A DNA stretch of 61,874 nt from an uncultured Mucilaginibacter sp. (GCF_903913935.1 NZ_CAIWNH010000485.1:1-61874), one strand, 5' to 3'; counted from the stretch's first letter, positions 8,949 to 19,610 are shown. Numbers and translations: made by a program. Notes: generated by a model from the letters alone, not told the origin.

Positions 8949-10598
8949 TTACGACAAATATTTTCCTACAATTGGCATCCTGCGGCCCATCCCGAATGCT
9001 TTTGGCGATACCCGCAGTATTGGCGGTGTTTGGTATCGTTTATGCTCCGACAGGTTAATTAACCGTATCACCTTACGTACTATTTTTTCATCATACCCCA
9101 TTTTTATGATGGTTGCCGATGAGCATCTGCCTTCGACATATTCTGCAATTATTTTATCAAGAATATCGTATTCCGGCAATGAATCGGTATCCTTCTGGTT
9201 CGGCCTTAATTCTGCCGACGGCGGTTTAACAATAGAATTTATGGGGATGATCTCCCTATCGCGGTTAATATACCGGGCAAGTTCAAAAACCTGGGTTTTG
9301 TAAACATCACCGATAACCGAAATACCGCCGCACATATCGCCATATAAAGTACCGTAACCTACGGCAGCCTCGCTTTTATTAGAGGTATTCAGTAAAATAT
9401 AGCCAAACTTATTACACATGGCCATTAACAAAACAGCCCTGGTACGTGATTGGATATTTTCTTCCGCTATGTTAAATGGAAGGTTTTTAAACTGAGGACT
9501 CAGCGTTTTTTCAATGGCTTCGGTAATGTTTTTGATATTGACGGTTTCGTGCATACAGCCCAGGTTTTCCACCAGATCTTCGGCATCTTTAATAGAATGA
9601 TCGCTTGAAAAACGCGATGGTAATAATACCGCCATCACATTTTGGGGGCCTAACGCTTCGGCGGCCAATGCGCACACCACCGCAGAGTCGATCCCGCCTG
9701 AAAGTCCCAATATCGCTTGTTTAAATCCCGATTTATAAAAATAATCCCTTATCCCTAATAGTATAGCATGGTGGATCTGTTCAATATCGCTTTGCTTTTC
9801 TTTTCTTAAAGTTGATGGATGGCTAAAACTAACACCACCGTTTTTATCAAGCTGGTAATAAGCCATACTCTCTTCAAAATAAGGCATCTCGTCGATAAGC
9901 TCACCTGCATCATCAAAAACAAGCGAGCCACCATCAAATATCAATTCAGTTTGTGCGCCAATATTGTTCACATATAACAAAGGCAGCTGGTATCTCTTAG
10001 CGTTATCGCTCAAAATTTCAATCCGCTCCTCGTCATGGTTATAAGCAAAGGGAGACGCGGCGATATTGATCATTACATCCGGCCGCTCCTGGATCAGGAT
10101 ATCCATTGGGCGCGTAATGTAAAGCGGGTTTTCAATATCGTTCCAAAGGTCTTCGCAAATGGTAAGGGCTATCCGGTGTCCTTTAAAGTCAATACAACTA
10201 AATTCGGTAGATGGTTCAAAGTATCGGTATTCGTCAAATACATCATAGTTAGGCAACAGCGCCTTATGCGCAACCGCCTTAACTTTTCCGTTTTCAATAA
10301 AATAAGCCGAGTTATATAATTCTTTGCCTTCATTATTGTTGTTAGGTGTAGGCAGGCCTATAATACAGGCAATATCCTCACACCCGGCAGCAATTTGTTG
10401 GGCTGCGGTTTCGCACAGATCAATAAATTCATCAAACTCTAAAAAATCGCGTGATGGATACCCACAAACGCACAATTCAGCAAAAACAACGAGGTCAGCG
10501 CCGTTATCGCGCGCGATTCGGATATGATCAATAATTTTCGCAGTGTTTGATTCAAAGTTGCCGATATGGTAATTAAGCTGTGCTAATGCGATCTTCAT
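8949..10598 (-). CDS. nadE: Glutamine-dependent NAD+ synthetase
   Basis: N-terminal nitrilase-type domain (FAEL, ICEDLW) plus synthetase motifs SGGIDS, NKSE and PSAEL. Confidence 0.96.
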   Translation of the reverse strand: MKIALAQLNYHIGNFESNTAKIIDHIRIARDNGADLVVFAELCVCGYPSRDFLEFDEFIDLCETAAQQIAAGCEDIACIIGLPTPNNNNEGKELYNSAYFIENGKVKAVAHKALLPNYDVFDEYRYFEPSTEFSCIDFKGHRIALTICEDLWNDIENPLYITRPMDILIQERPDVMINIAASPFAYNHDEERIEILSDNAKRYQLPLLYVNNIGAQTELIFDGGSLVFDDAGELIDEMPYFEESMAYYQLDKNGGVSFSHPSTLRKEKQSDIEQIHHAILLGIRDYFYKSGFKQAILGLSGGIDSAVVCALAAEALGPQNVMAVLLPSRFSSDHSIKDAEDLVENLGCMHETVNIKNITEAIEKTLSPQFKNLPFNIAEENIQSRTRAVLLMAMCNKFGYILLNTSNKSEAAVGYGTLYGDMCGGISVIGDVYKTQVFELARYINRDREIIPINSIVKPPSAELRPNQKDTDSLPEYDILDKIIAEYVEGRCSSATIIKMGYDEKIVRKVIRLINLSEHKRYQTPPILRVSPKAFGMGRRMPIVGKYLS

Positions 10599-10699
10599 TA
10601 TTAATAGTGATTTTATACAGGTCCTAAACTAACGTTTGAAATGCTGCGTTTAGGGTGTTTAATGCAAATAAAAAATTAATTTTGCCGAAAGCATAAAAA

Positions 10700-11737
10700 A
10701 TGATCCTTTTCAACAAAACAAAACAAATTTACCTATTTTTTTTAACAGGTGTATTATTAAGCGCCTGTGGCCATAAAAAGGTTGATGTAAGCAATATTCC
10801 GGTAAATGTAAAAATTGAACGTTTTGATAAAGAATTCGATGCCATGAAAACCAAGCCTATGGCGCAGCAGGCGGCCTACCTGCAAAAAAAATACGGCCCA
10901 TTTTACCACGATTTTATCGCAACGCTATTACAGGATAACCAGATCAACACCACCGACACTGCTTATTTTGCTTTGCTACGCAAGGTTTTTGTTACTAAAG
11001 ATTATAACGACCTGAAACATGACATTGATTCAGTATACCCCAACCTGGATAAAGCCGGGGCCGAACTGACAGACGCTTTCAGACATATCAAATACTATTA
11101 CCCTGAAAAAAAACTGCCGGCGGTATATGCATTCGTTTCGGGATTTGAGACACCCATTATTACTGACAATGGCTTATATGGTATTGGGCTTGATTTATTC
11201 TTAGGCGGCAATTCAAGGTTTTACCCGGCGTTAACGTCCGCATGGCCCCGCTATATGTCCCGCAATTTTAACGAACAGAATATTTGCCCCCGGCTAACTG
11301 AGGCTATAACACGCGAAGACATGTTCCCTGAAAGCGACAGCAGCAAAACATTGATGTCGAAAATGATCTATAACGGCAAGATCATGTATTTTATGGACCA
11401 GGTATTGCCCGATGCCGCTGATACCCTTAAAATTGGTTATACAGATGCACAGTTAAAGTGGTGCAAGCAGTTTGAATCGAAGATTTGGGCCTGGTTTATT
11501 GACCAGAACCTGCTTTACGAAAGCGATTACCAAAAAATTCAAAAATATATTTCCATGGCGCCTTTCACCCCCGGGCTTGGCGAAAAAAATGAATCGGCAC
11601 CTAAACTGGCCATTTGGACAGGCTGGCAAATTGTACGAAGGTATATGGAAAAGCACCCGGATGTTACCTTACAGCAACTAATGGGGGATAATGACGCCCA
11701 GAAGATATTAACTGAATCGGACTATCATCCGAAATGA
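10700..11737 (+). CDS. gldB: Gliding-motility-associated lipoprotein GldB
   Basis: Lipobox LSAC, IERFD, MIYNGKIMY, APF...SAPKLAIWTGWQIVR; divergent from nadE; TAATTTTG at 10677-10684. Confidence 0.85.
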   Translation: MILFNKTKQIYLFFLTGVLLSACGHKKVDVSNIPVNVKIERFDKEFDAMKTKPMAQQAAYLQKKYGPFYHDFIATLLQDNQINTTDTAYFALLRKVFVTKDYNDLKHDIDSVYPNLDKAGAELTDAFRHIKYYYPEKKLPAVYAFVSGFETPIITDNGLYGIGLDLFLGGNSRFYPALTSAWPRYMSRNFNEQNICPRLTEAITREDMFPESDSSKTLMSKMIYNGKIMYFMDQVLPDAADTLKIGYTDAQLKWCKQFESKIWAWFIDQNLLYESDYQKIQKYISMAPFTPGLGEKNESAPKLAIWTGWQIVRRYMEKHPDVTLQQLMGDNDAQKILTESDYHPK

Positions 11738-11849
11738 AGTCTTGAGTCAGGAGTCTTAAGTCAAAAGTCGGCAGAAAGCACAAAAAATAACGAAACAATA
11801 AGCCAAAATGATTTTTGACTGAAGACTAAAGACTTAGAACTTAAGACTT
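11738..11849. repeat. Inverted array of degenerate heptamers (AGTCnnn / GACTnnn)
   Basis: agtcttg-agtcagg-agtctta-agtcaaa-agtc ... gactgaa-gactaaa-gacttag-aacttaa-gactt, between convergent genes. Confidence 0.75.
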
Positions 11850-12033
11850 ATTCAAGTATTCCAAAAACGCCTTTTAAAGCGATTCCCACACCGGTTATTA
11901 AAAGAATATTGGCAACAATATTATTGTAAGGGAAATCGGCAAAACGAAGATACACACCCAAAAGGCCTATAATAATTGCAATGACGATAGTAATGTAGTG
12001 ACGTTCGGAATTGGCGTTTTCAGTAGTATTCAT
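11848..12033 (-). CDS. Small two-TM membrane protein
   Basis: ATG 12033 (MNTTENANSERHY...), two hydrophobic segments; TATTTTTG promoter element just upstream. Confidence 0.7.
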   Translation of the reverse strand: MNTTENANSERHYITIVIAIIIGLLGVYLRFADFPYNNIVANILLITGVGIALKGVFGILE

Positions 12034-12176
12034 TTTTCGCTGTTTTTTATGGTTGGGCAAAAATATAAATGTTTACCGAATTGTTAAAATTTAATTAGTT
12101 GATTAAGTTGGAATAAGTTGATCAGGTGAGTAGTTATTGATCGTCACTCCATTAACCACTCACCTGGCCACCCCGA

Positions 12177-13061
12177 TCAACCTTTAACCAACGCCTTTCT
12201 TTTAAAATAGCTGATCGTCAGCCAAATTATAAAGCCCAGGGGTAGCAGTATCCAAAAGTTGGAAATACCGATCAATATCTCCACAAATACATTCCAGCCA
12301 GTCTCAAATGAAGCGCCGAATCGTCTTGAAAATGGTTGCTGATAATCTGAAAGTTTATTATCAGCCATCATCCTTTTGCTAACTACGTTGGATTCATAAA
12401 AACTGAGCGTTACTGTGCTGAATTTTACAGAATCATCAATCTTACTGTTGTTTATTTGCTGATCGACCATGTTGTTTTTAAAGGCCAGCAAATTATCAGG
12501 GTCTTTTTTATTGCCCGTTGCTTTCTTTTGCACTGCCACCAATTCGTTTTGATTTTTAAGTTTCAGCCGCGTTGAAAGGTAGTCCAATGTTTTATCCGTC
12601 ACCTCCATTTTTTGATCATTCACCCGGATACCCAGTTGAGCTACCTTATTCATAAAATCGCTCAGGCTTGCCGGCGGGATCTTAACGGTCATCTCCGCCG
12701 TTGAATTAACGAGGGTAACCCGCATAATGGAGTCGTCACTTTTTCGGACGTCGACGCTATCCCCTGCCGTTGAGCGCATCACATGATGAATTACCTGCCC
12801 GTTATAATTTTCCGTTATTGCCGTAATTTGCTCCGTTGTTTGCCGCACATTCTTTACCTGGAACCGTATTTCGGCTGTCTTCACAACTTTAGGATGACTT
12901 TGTATTGTATCATTATGAATAACTTTTGCTGCGCCCAATACTTCTTATGTTGTATCTGCTGATGCTTTTAGCGTATCAGTGGATTCATATGAACTACTTT
13001 GGCCTTTGCATGCGCATAGCAATGCCAGCCCCGCAAGCGGGATCAAAAATTTTGTTTTCAT
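12177..13061 (-). pseudogene. DUF4349-family lipoprotein paralog interrupted by an in-frame TAA at 12945-12947
   Basis: ATG 13061 encodes MKTKFLIPLAGLALLCACKG, nearly identical to the neighbour's start and in frame with ORF 12177-12938, with one stop at codon 39. Confidence 0.8.
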
Positions 13062-13152
13062 GATTTGTAGGGATTGGTTATGGAGACCTTTAACTATTAA
13101 AAGGTACCCGGGTTAGGAATTTATTTATTGAATTTTATGCTAAATAACTGGA

Positions 13153-14010
13153 TCAGCTTTTAATTGGTTTTATTATCTTTTTGCCCCGATAGTTTCGGAG
13201 CAGCACCCAGGCGCCTATTCCGGCCAATATAAACACCCAAAGATTAGCCATACCTATAATAACATCTACGAATATTCCCCAGCCGTTTTCAACGGCCATG
13301 CCCAGGCGCCTGAAAAATGGAAGATTATATGCTGACGGATCGTCATTGGCAATTACTTCTTTATTAATGGTATTGCTTTGATAAAAACTGAGGGTAACAA
13401 TGCTGTTTTTAACAGCATCATCAATTTGCCGGTTGCCGATCTGCTGGTCAATCATATCATCCTTTAAATTCAACACATCCTCAGGTTTTTTGATGATGAT
13501 CTTTCCTTTCCTTTGCTGGCTTACCAGTTCGGCCCTATTTTTAAGTTTTAGCTGCGCGGAGAGGTAATCAAGCGACTTATCGGTGATATCCATGCTGCGG
13601 TCATTCACATAAATACCCAAATGCCCTACCTGGTTCAAAAATTCATCCAGTTTGGTTGAAGGTATCTTTACCGTCATTTCTGCGGTGGTGTTAAAAGCTG
13701 TTACCCGCATAACCGAATCATTGCTGATGCGGATATCCTGGCTGCGCTCGGCAGTTGAACCCATCTGGTGATGGATCACCATACCGTTAATACCTGTTGT
13801 GAGCGCCGCTATGTGTTCAGCAGTTTGCTGCACATTTTTCACTTTGAAATGGATGCCTGCGGTTTTTACCAGTTTCGCCCCGGAAATCGAATCTTTCATA
13901 AGCGTATCGGCGCTGATGCTGTTATTCAAAGTCTCATAACTGCCCGATTTGCCTTTGCATGCGCAAAGGAATGCCAGCCCCGCAAGCGGGATTAAAAATT
14001 TTGTCTTCAT
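13153..14010 (-). CDS. DUF4349-family lipoprotein
   Basis: Lipobox LCAC, KLVKTAGIHFKVKNV, MTVKIP, C-terminal TM helix. Confidence 0.82.
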   Translation of the reverse strand: MKTKFLIPLAGLAFLCACKGKSGSYETLNNSISADTLMKDSISGAKLVKTAGIHFKVKNVQQTAEHIAALTTGINGMVIHHQMGSTAERSQDIRISNDSVMRVTAFNTTAEMTVKIPSTKLDEFLNQVGHLGIYVNDRSMDITDKSLDYLSAQLKLKNRAELVSQQRKGKIIIKKPEDVLNLKDDMIDQQIGNRQIDDAVKNSIVTLSFYQSNTINKEVIANDDPSAYNLPFFRRLGMAVENGWGIFVDVIIGMANLWVFILAGIGAWVLLRNYRGKKIIKPIKS

Positions 14011-14196
14011 GTTTTTTGGATTTTATATTGATACCGGATAGTGGCAAAAGGTAACCCTTGGGGCTAATTGGTTATCAAATTGTTACGAAGACGGTATTTG
14101 ATATAGAAGGGCAAAGCATCTGTCCCCCACCTGGTGGCAGGGTAAATCACAAACGCCTATTTACCTTATTATTGGGAGAACGTGTATATTTTCAAC

Positions 14197-16587
14197 TCAA
14201 AGTTTTATAAATTTCGCCTTGCCAACCAAGCTTTTGTCTTTATTGTTAGTAACAGTGATGATATAAGTACCCGGCATAAGTGCGCTTACATCCGTTTGCC
14301 AGTTCAGCTGATTGATCGTTGTCTTCTCCATTGCTGATCCTAAAATATTGGCTATCTGGATATCGTAGGACTTACCAGCCGCGGGGTTAGCAATCGATGC
14401 AGTGGTGATGCCCGGGTTAAATCCGGTCGCTATACTCAAATTCATGATGTTTTTTGCGGGATTAGGATAAACTGTGATCCCAGTTTTTACCAGGCTTGCT
14501 CCGTTGCCATACATCACAGTAACCACGTTTGAACAGGTAATAGTTCCGTTAATATCTTCTAACTTTAACCTGTACATGTTTGCGCCATTCGCCGGATTTT
14601 TATCTAAAAAGCTCTAGGTACTCTGGGCGCTGGATGCATATCCTCCCAAAATCGGAAACGTTTTTCCACCATCTGTGCTTCTTTCAACGGTAAAGTTGGT
14701 GTAGTTTTGTTCGTTTTCGGTTACCCAAACTGCCTGTGCGCCGTTTTGTGCTTTGGTTGCAGTAAAATTTAGCAAGTGCACCATTAATGCCTGATTTTCG
14801 CGAATAACCAATTGAAAACGCTTGCTGCCATAACTATTGGTATCTGTGGTGATATCAAAAGCATAGGTTGGATTGTGGCGCATATCTAATGAATCCTTAT
14901 TGAATTTATCCATCAGCCATATATCATACATTTGGGGTATAGCTGCAATTTCAGTAAGGTTCAAACGATAAGTACCGTATGCCTTTGCAGTAACAAACAA
15001 TGGAATGATTCTCTGTTGTAATTTTGGCAGAGGCATTTTGTTTATCGCCAGCATAACACTGTCGACAGAATAACTGCCCAGGCTTACCTGGCCGTTCCCC
15101 GGCCGGTATGGGGCGTCATAATCGGCCGTAAATTGAGCAGATGCGCCAGCATCAAAGCCGATATAAACATCATCCGAATTGACCGAATCCATTGACATCT
15201 GCAAGCGTAAATGCGGGTTTATATTCACCTTATTCAAAGTGGTCATATCCCCCTTAGTTGTCATAAAAAGATTAAGGCCAGTATTTTGGGTTAATGATTT
15301 TGCGGTTTCATTAAAAATAAGCTTTGGGCTGGAATTGTTGGTGGCCAAGACAAAAAATCCCTGCCCGCTTGCTATCGTTCTGGAGCCATGGTTAGTGAAG
15401 ATGCCGCCCACCTGATAAACATCGTAATTATTAGTGGCCGGATTAAGCTCATAAATTGTATTTGATACGTTATTAGCATAAATACCAGATGTTGTGGTGG
15501 TGGTATTATATTGCTCCCAATCAATGGAACTTGCATATGGGTTTCCAACCAAATTAAAACCTCTTACAGCGGCATTTGCGGTAGCGCTTGTGTACCCTAA
15601 ATTTGCTAACGCAGGGGTGTACCAGTCGTGCACGACTACCTGTCCCTGGTTTAAAGTTGCCGTTGTGGTTGTGGTAACGGTTACTGGGGTATAGCCCGGT
15701 GTGGTTTCGGTTGTTAAAGAAGCGGAAGCCCTGTTCCCCCGGAAAAAAAACATTACCCCATTGCCGGCAGGAAGATAAAAAGCACCAAAAGTACCTGCAC
15801 CGCTAACTGAATAATTATAGGCAGGGGAATTATTGATCGCGCTTATCCCCTCAAAATTCCCGCTGGTAAACGAGGAGTTAGAGGGTAACTGGTCCTCGCG
15901 GTATAAATATAGCGTCGGGTTGCCGGTTTTATCAAAGCCGCCACCCGAACTGCCGGTCAGAAATACGGAAGAAGTGAGGTAATTGATGCTGAAAACATTA
16001 TTTGAACTAACGGTGGCCGAATACACTGGTGAGGATATTAAACGGTAACCCCGGTAACCAGCCCCGCCGGTGATATAACGTTGTACGTTTACACTGTTGG
16101 TAATTGTTGACCCTGAAGGAATAGCTGCAACTGTTGCTGAACTGGTTGCATCCGAATTCAATGTTAAATTGCCATTCGCATTTAAAGACGTTGAATTAAC
16201 CATAGTTAGTACACCCTGGCTTGAAACAGAAAAATTACCCGAGCTCATAACGGCCGGATTTCCCGAACCGCCGTTTCCGCTAAAAAACACATTGGTAAAC
16301 ATTGTTCCGAAGCCGTTATCTGTAAGCACCTGGTTGCTGCCGTTAAAAACCATGTTCGCGGTGCCCTGTGTGTAAGTGCCGCTATTGGTATAATTGCCCG
16401 ACATCGTGAAGTTTCCGGATTGCAAGTTTAAAGTGCCCGAGTTAGCCACATTTCCTGATACCACAACGTAGCAACTGTTGGCAATTACATAAGCATTTGA
16501 CGAAGTTATTATGCCTTGCCCCATTAGGAATGACGGCAGGAGCATCAATCCCTGGATTAATGTTATGACGCTATTTTTAGTTTTCAT
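14197..16587 (-). pseudogene. T9SS type A cargo protein interrupted by an in-frame TAG at 14614-14616
   Basis: ORFs 14614-16587 and 14197-14577 are in one frame. ...SAQST*SFLDKNPANGANMYRLK aligns with SALGTYTFLDKNPAKGANLYRLK of the 3143-7876 protein; the CTD lies after the stop. Confidence 0.88.
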
Positions 16588-16605
16588 TGCCTTAATTTTT
16601 AAAAG

Positions 16606-18405
16606 TTACACCTCTGTATTGCTGTGCAGGCTCCATTTTTCAAGTAAGTTTACAAGCTCTGTAAGATTTACGGGTTTAGCAATATAATCGTCCATTCCGG
16701 CCCTCAGGCATTCTTCACGGTCGCCTTGCAAAGTATTAGCCGTCATGGCAATTATAACCGGTTGATTACTCAAACAAACACGGATCATTTTAGTGGCCTC
16801 AAGCCCATCCATTTCGGGCATTTGGACGTCCATAAGTATCACATCATAATAATTGTTACTTACTTCTTCCAGCACCTCTTTACCATTGTTGGTCATTTTA
16901 GGTTCGTAACCAAGCTTATTTAAAATCTTGCCAACTATTTTTTGGTTCATCACAACATCATCGGCTACCAGGATTTTTAATGGGTACTGTTTTGCAAAAT
17001 CGACAGAGAGTTTTTGCTTATTGCTATGATCACTGGTTAAAGCATTTTCCCCGGTTTGCCTGATCAGTGAAATAACTTGTTCTTTCAAAATATGCCGCCT
17101 GATGGGTTTATTTATAACTGAACTAAAAAGTTCCGGGTGTTTTTTATAGCCCTCATCGCCAGTGTTGTTCAAAAGCATAATGGGGGTGTGTGGGTACAAT
17201 TTTTTTATTGATTGAGTCAGTGTGATACCGTCCATCTCCGGCATTTGCAGATCGGTAATTATTAAATCTAAATCCGGCTTGTCTGATAATATTTCCAGGG
17301 CATTTTTGCCGGAGCCGGCCTCGGATACTGTCAAAAGCCACGCCTCGAACCTGTTTCTGAGCATATCCCTTACGGTGGCATTATCGTCAATTATCAATAC
17401 TTTCTTTCTTTTAATATCGTTGCTGATTGTAGGTAATAAGGGCTGTATATTTGTTCGAAACGGCAGTGTGAAATGAAAAGCCGCACCTTCATTTTCTACA
17501 CTGTCAACCGCAATGGTACCCCCCATCAGCATCACAAGGTTTTTACAAATGATCAATCCTACGCCAGTGGCACCTCCAGTTTTTAGTACCGGCGCTGTTT
17601 GCATTAACACTCTTGACAGTTCCCGGATTTTAGCCTCTGAAATACCGATGCCGCTATCTTTAACTTCGATCATCAGTTTTACATGATTATCTTCAACAGC
17701 TTCAAGAAATTGAACGCCGATATATATCTCTCCTCTTTGTGTGAATCTGATGGCATTTTCTACCAGGTTCATCAATATCTGCCGAAAGCGCTGATTGTCG
17801 CCAACAAGTTGAACGGGTACTGTCTTTCCGATCCGATAAACCAGATCCAAACCCGCATGTGCTGCCGTAACAGCAAAAACATCAAACACTTCTTCAATGC
17901 TGTTTCGCAGATTAAATTCTTTAACATCAAGCTCTTTCCCTGTGTCCACCTTTGAATACTCTAGTATATCTTTCATTAATATATCATTGATCAGCCCGAG
18001 CAAACTTTCACCGGAAAGCAGGATGGCTGAAGCATATTCATGCTGCTCGGAGGTAAGTGTAGTTTCGGTGAGCAGCGACGCCATACCCATTAATGTAGTC
18101 ATGGGGGTACGTATGTCATGGCTTATTTGTGATAAAAGAAGGCTTTTATTAGTATTGGCGTTCCGGGCATCTCCGCGGGCGATTTGTTCATTCCGCCGGG
18201 CATAAGTAAGCAATTCAGCACTTTGATGAAGTGCACTTTGCAGTTCAGCCATCTGGTTTAATGACTTGTTTATTTTTGACCGGTGGTAGAAATATCCAAA
18301 TACAAATGCAACAAAAAGAATTACCAGGTAAAACCACCCTGGTGAATAAAAAGCAATAAGGGAAATATTTCCGATATTTATAAAAAGCTGATGATCTGTA
18401 ACCAT
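16606..18405 (-). CDS. Hybrid histidine kinase with two receiver domains and no evident sensor domain
   Basis: One TM, SHDIRTPM (H-box), NLVENAIRFT, DSGIG, GVGL, two DxQMPEMDG receivers. Confidence 0.9.
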   Translation of the reverse strand: MVTDHQLFINIGNISLIAFYSPGWFYLVILFVAFVFGYFYHRSKINKSLNQMAELQSALHQSAELLTYARRNEQIARGDARNANTNKSLLLSQISHDIRTPMTTLMGMASLLTETTLTSEQHEYASAILLSGESLLGLINDILMKDILEYSKVDTGKELDVKEFNLRNSIEEVFDVFAVTAAHAGLDLVYRIGKTVPVQLVGDNQRFRQILMNLVENAIRFTQRGEIYIGVQFLEAVEDNHVKLMIEVKDSGIGISEAKIRELSRVLMQTAPVLKTGGATGVGLIICKNLVMLMGGTIAVDSVENEGAAFHFTLPFRTNIQPLLPTISNDIKRKKVLIIDDNATVRDMLRNRFEAWLLTVSEAGSGKNALEILSDKPDLDLIITDLQMPEMDGITLTQSIKKLYPHTPIMLLNNTGDEGYKKHPELFSSVINKPIRRHILKEQVISLIRQTGENALTSDHSNKQKLSVDFAKQYPLKILVADDVVMNQKIVGKILNKLGYEPKMTNNGKEVLEEVSNNYYDVILMDVQMPEMDGLEATKMIRVCLSNQPVIIAMTANTLQGDREECLRAGMDDYIAKPVNLTELVNLLEKWSLHSNTEV

Positions 18406-18462
18406 GATTGTTAATTAAAATTTATTGGCTTTTTTGGCATGTAGCTAACCCATTTTTATCTA

Positions 18463-19062
18463 TTAATTGCCCCATTCTATATCTAAACCCAGCACAAAGT
18501 GCCTTGCACTTGTTGCAGGATTAAAAACATAAAGCGGGATGCTAAAGTTTTTATATATGTATCTTACTAATATGCCTTTTTCAAGCAACCCTCCGGTTTG
18601 CTGTAAAGACACACCGGCAGCCACCCAAACTTTTAGTTGATAAGTTAGATCAGACCAGCTATACGTAAAATTTCCAGCCTGGTTTTCTATTGAAAACGTG
18701 TATTGTGATTGCGATGAGAACGATAATTTTTTATAGTCCAGCGTAATATTTGCGCCAACAGAGCCTCCATTAAACTTTCCAATAACAAGCCCGGCCATCG
18801 GAGTGACCGAATAAGACATCAACGCCTCTTTCTTAAAAGTTTTCCCGAAGTATAAAGAACCTGAATTGATGGCTTCATAATTACCCCGGGCCTCGATATA
18901 CCAATTACCGGGTGTACAATAACTTAAGGTTGGAACCCAGTAAGAAGGTGTGTTTTTACCTACATAATAGTATTGTTCGCAGGTGCCGTTCGACTGGTTA
19001 AACCCTTTAAGCGACAACCCTGAGAGTGCTATTGTCAACAGTAGCCTTCTTTTCATTTTCAA
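18463..19062 (-). CDS. Hypothetical exported protein, probable small outer-membrane beta-barrel
   Basis: Signal peptide, alternating aromatic strands, C-terminal FVLGLDIEW; overlaps the upstream gene by ~50 nt. Confidence 0.65.
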   Translation of the reverse strand: MKMKRRLLLTIALSGLSLKGFNQSNGTCEQYYYVGKNTPSYWVPTLSYCTPGNWYIEARGNYEAINSGSLYFGKTFKKEALMSYSVTPMAGLVIGKFNGGSVGANITLDYKKLSFSSQSQYTFSIENQAGNFTYSWSDLTYQLKVWVAAGVSLQQTGGLLEKGILVRYIYKNFSIPLYVFNPATSARHFVLGLDIEWGN

Positions 19063-19600
19063 TAATTATTAATTCTGCAGTTGCCAATTTGTTAAACACG
19101 TTGATTTTAACCAGGTTTGGGTTCCAGTTAAAAACAAGTTCATCAATAGGATGCCATAATATGACCCATGAAAAAATATCAATACTATTACTAACCGCCG
19201 AACTGATGCCCTTATCCGAAGTCAACACCATTGGTATCAGGATATGGAACAGCGTTACAATCAGGATACCTGCGGCAAGCATCATGATATTGCGGCGTTT
19301 GTATTCTTTAAAGGTCTTTATTCTATCCTCTTTCAACTCGGTAAAATGGCGCCGGATAGCGTACATCAGGGGTTCAGCATATTGTTTGTCTATCTCGTTT
19401 ACGTACTTAAATTTGTAGAAGATGACATCGTATCTTTTAAACAAAGCAACTGTTTCCATTATATAAAGCTCAAACTGACGGCTCAACTGGCGTTTGTAAA
19501 TTGGCGCCGGATCGTGAGGATTAAAATAACCTTGTATCACAAGCTGGTCAAGCGTTAGGTAAACGTTGATCGTTTTAGGGGGGTGATTTTTCATTCTCAT
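19007..19600 (-). CDS. Hypothetical membrane protein with two C-terminal TM helices
   Basis: DPAP...RQL N-terminal motif, AIRRHF, SWVILWHPID. Confidence 0.7.
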   Translation of the reverse strand: MRMKNHPPKTINVYLTLDQLVIQGYFNPHDPAPIYKRQLSRQFELYIMETVALFKRYDVIFYKFKYVNEIDKQYAEPLMYAIRRHFTELKEDRIKTFKEYKRRNIMMLAAGILIVTLFHILIPMVLTSDKGISSAVSNSIDIFSWVILWHPIDELVFNWNPNLVKINVFNKLATAELIIIENEKKATVDNSTLRVVA

Positions 19601-19610
19601 ATTTTTATTA

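Noticed and set aside
14197-14577. Independent 126-aa gene
   Set aside because: It is the in-frame C-terminus of the interrupted gene starting at 16587.
12945-14616. Stop-codon reassignment explaining the two in-frame stops
   Set aside because: The two stops differ (TAA and TAG), and both codons end many normal genes in this window.
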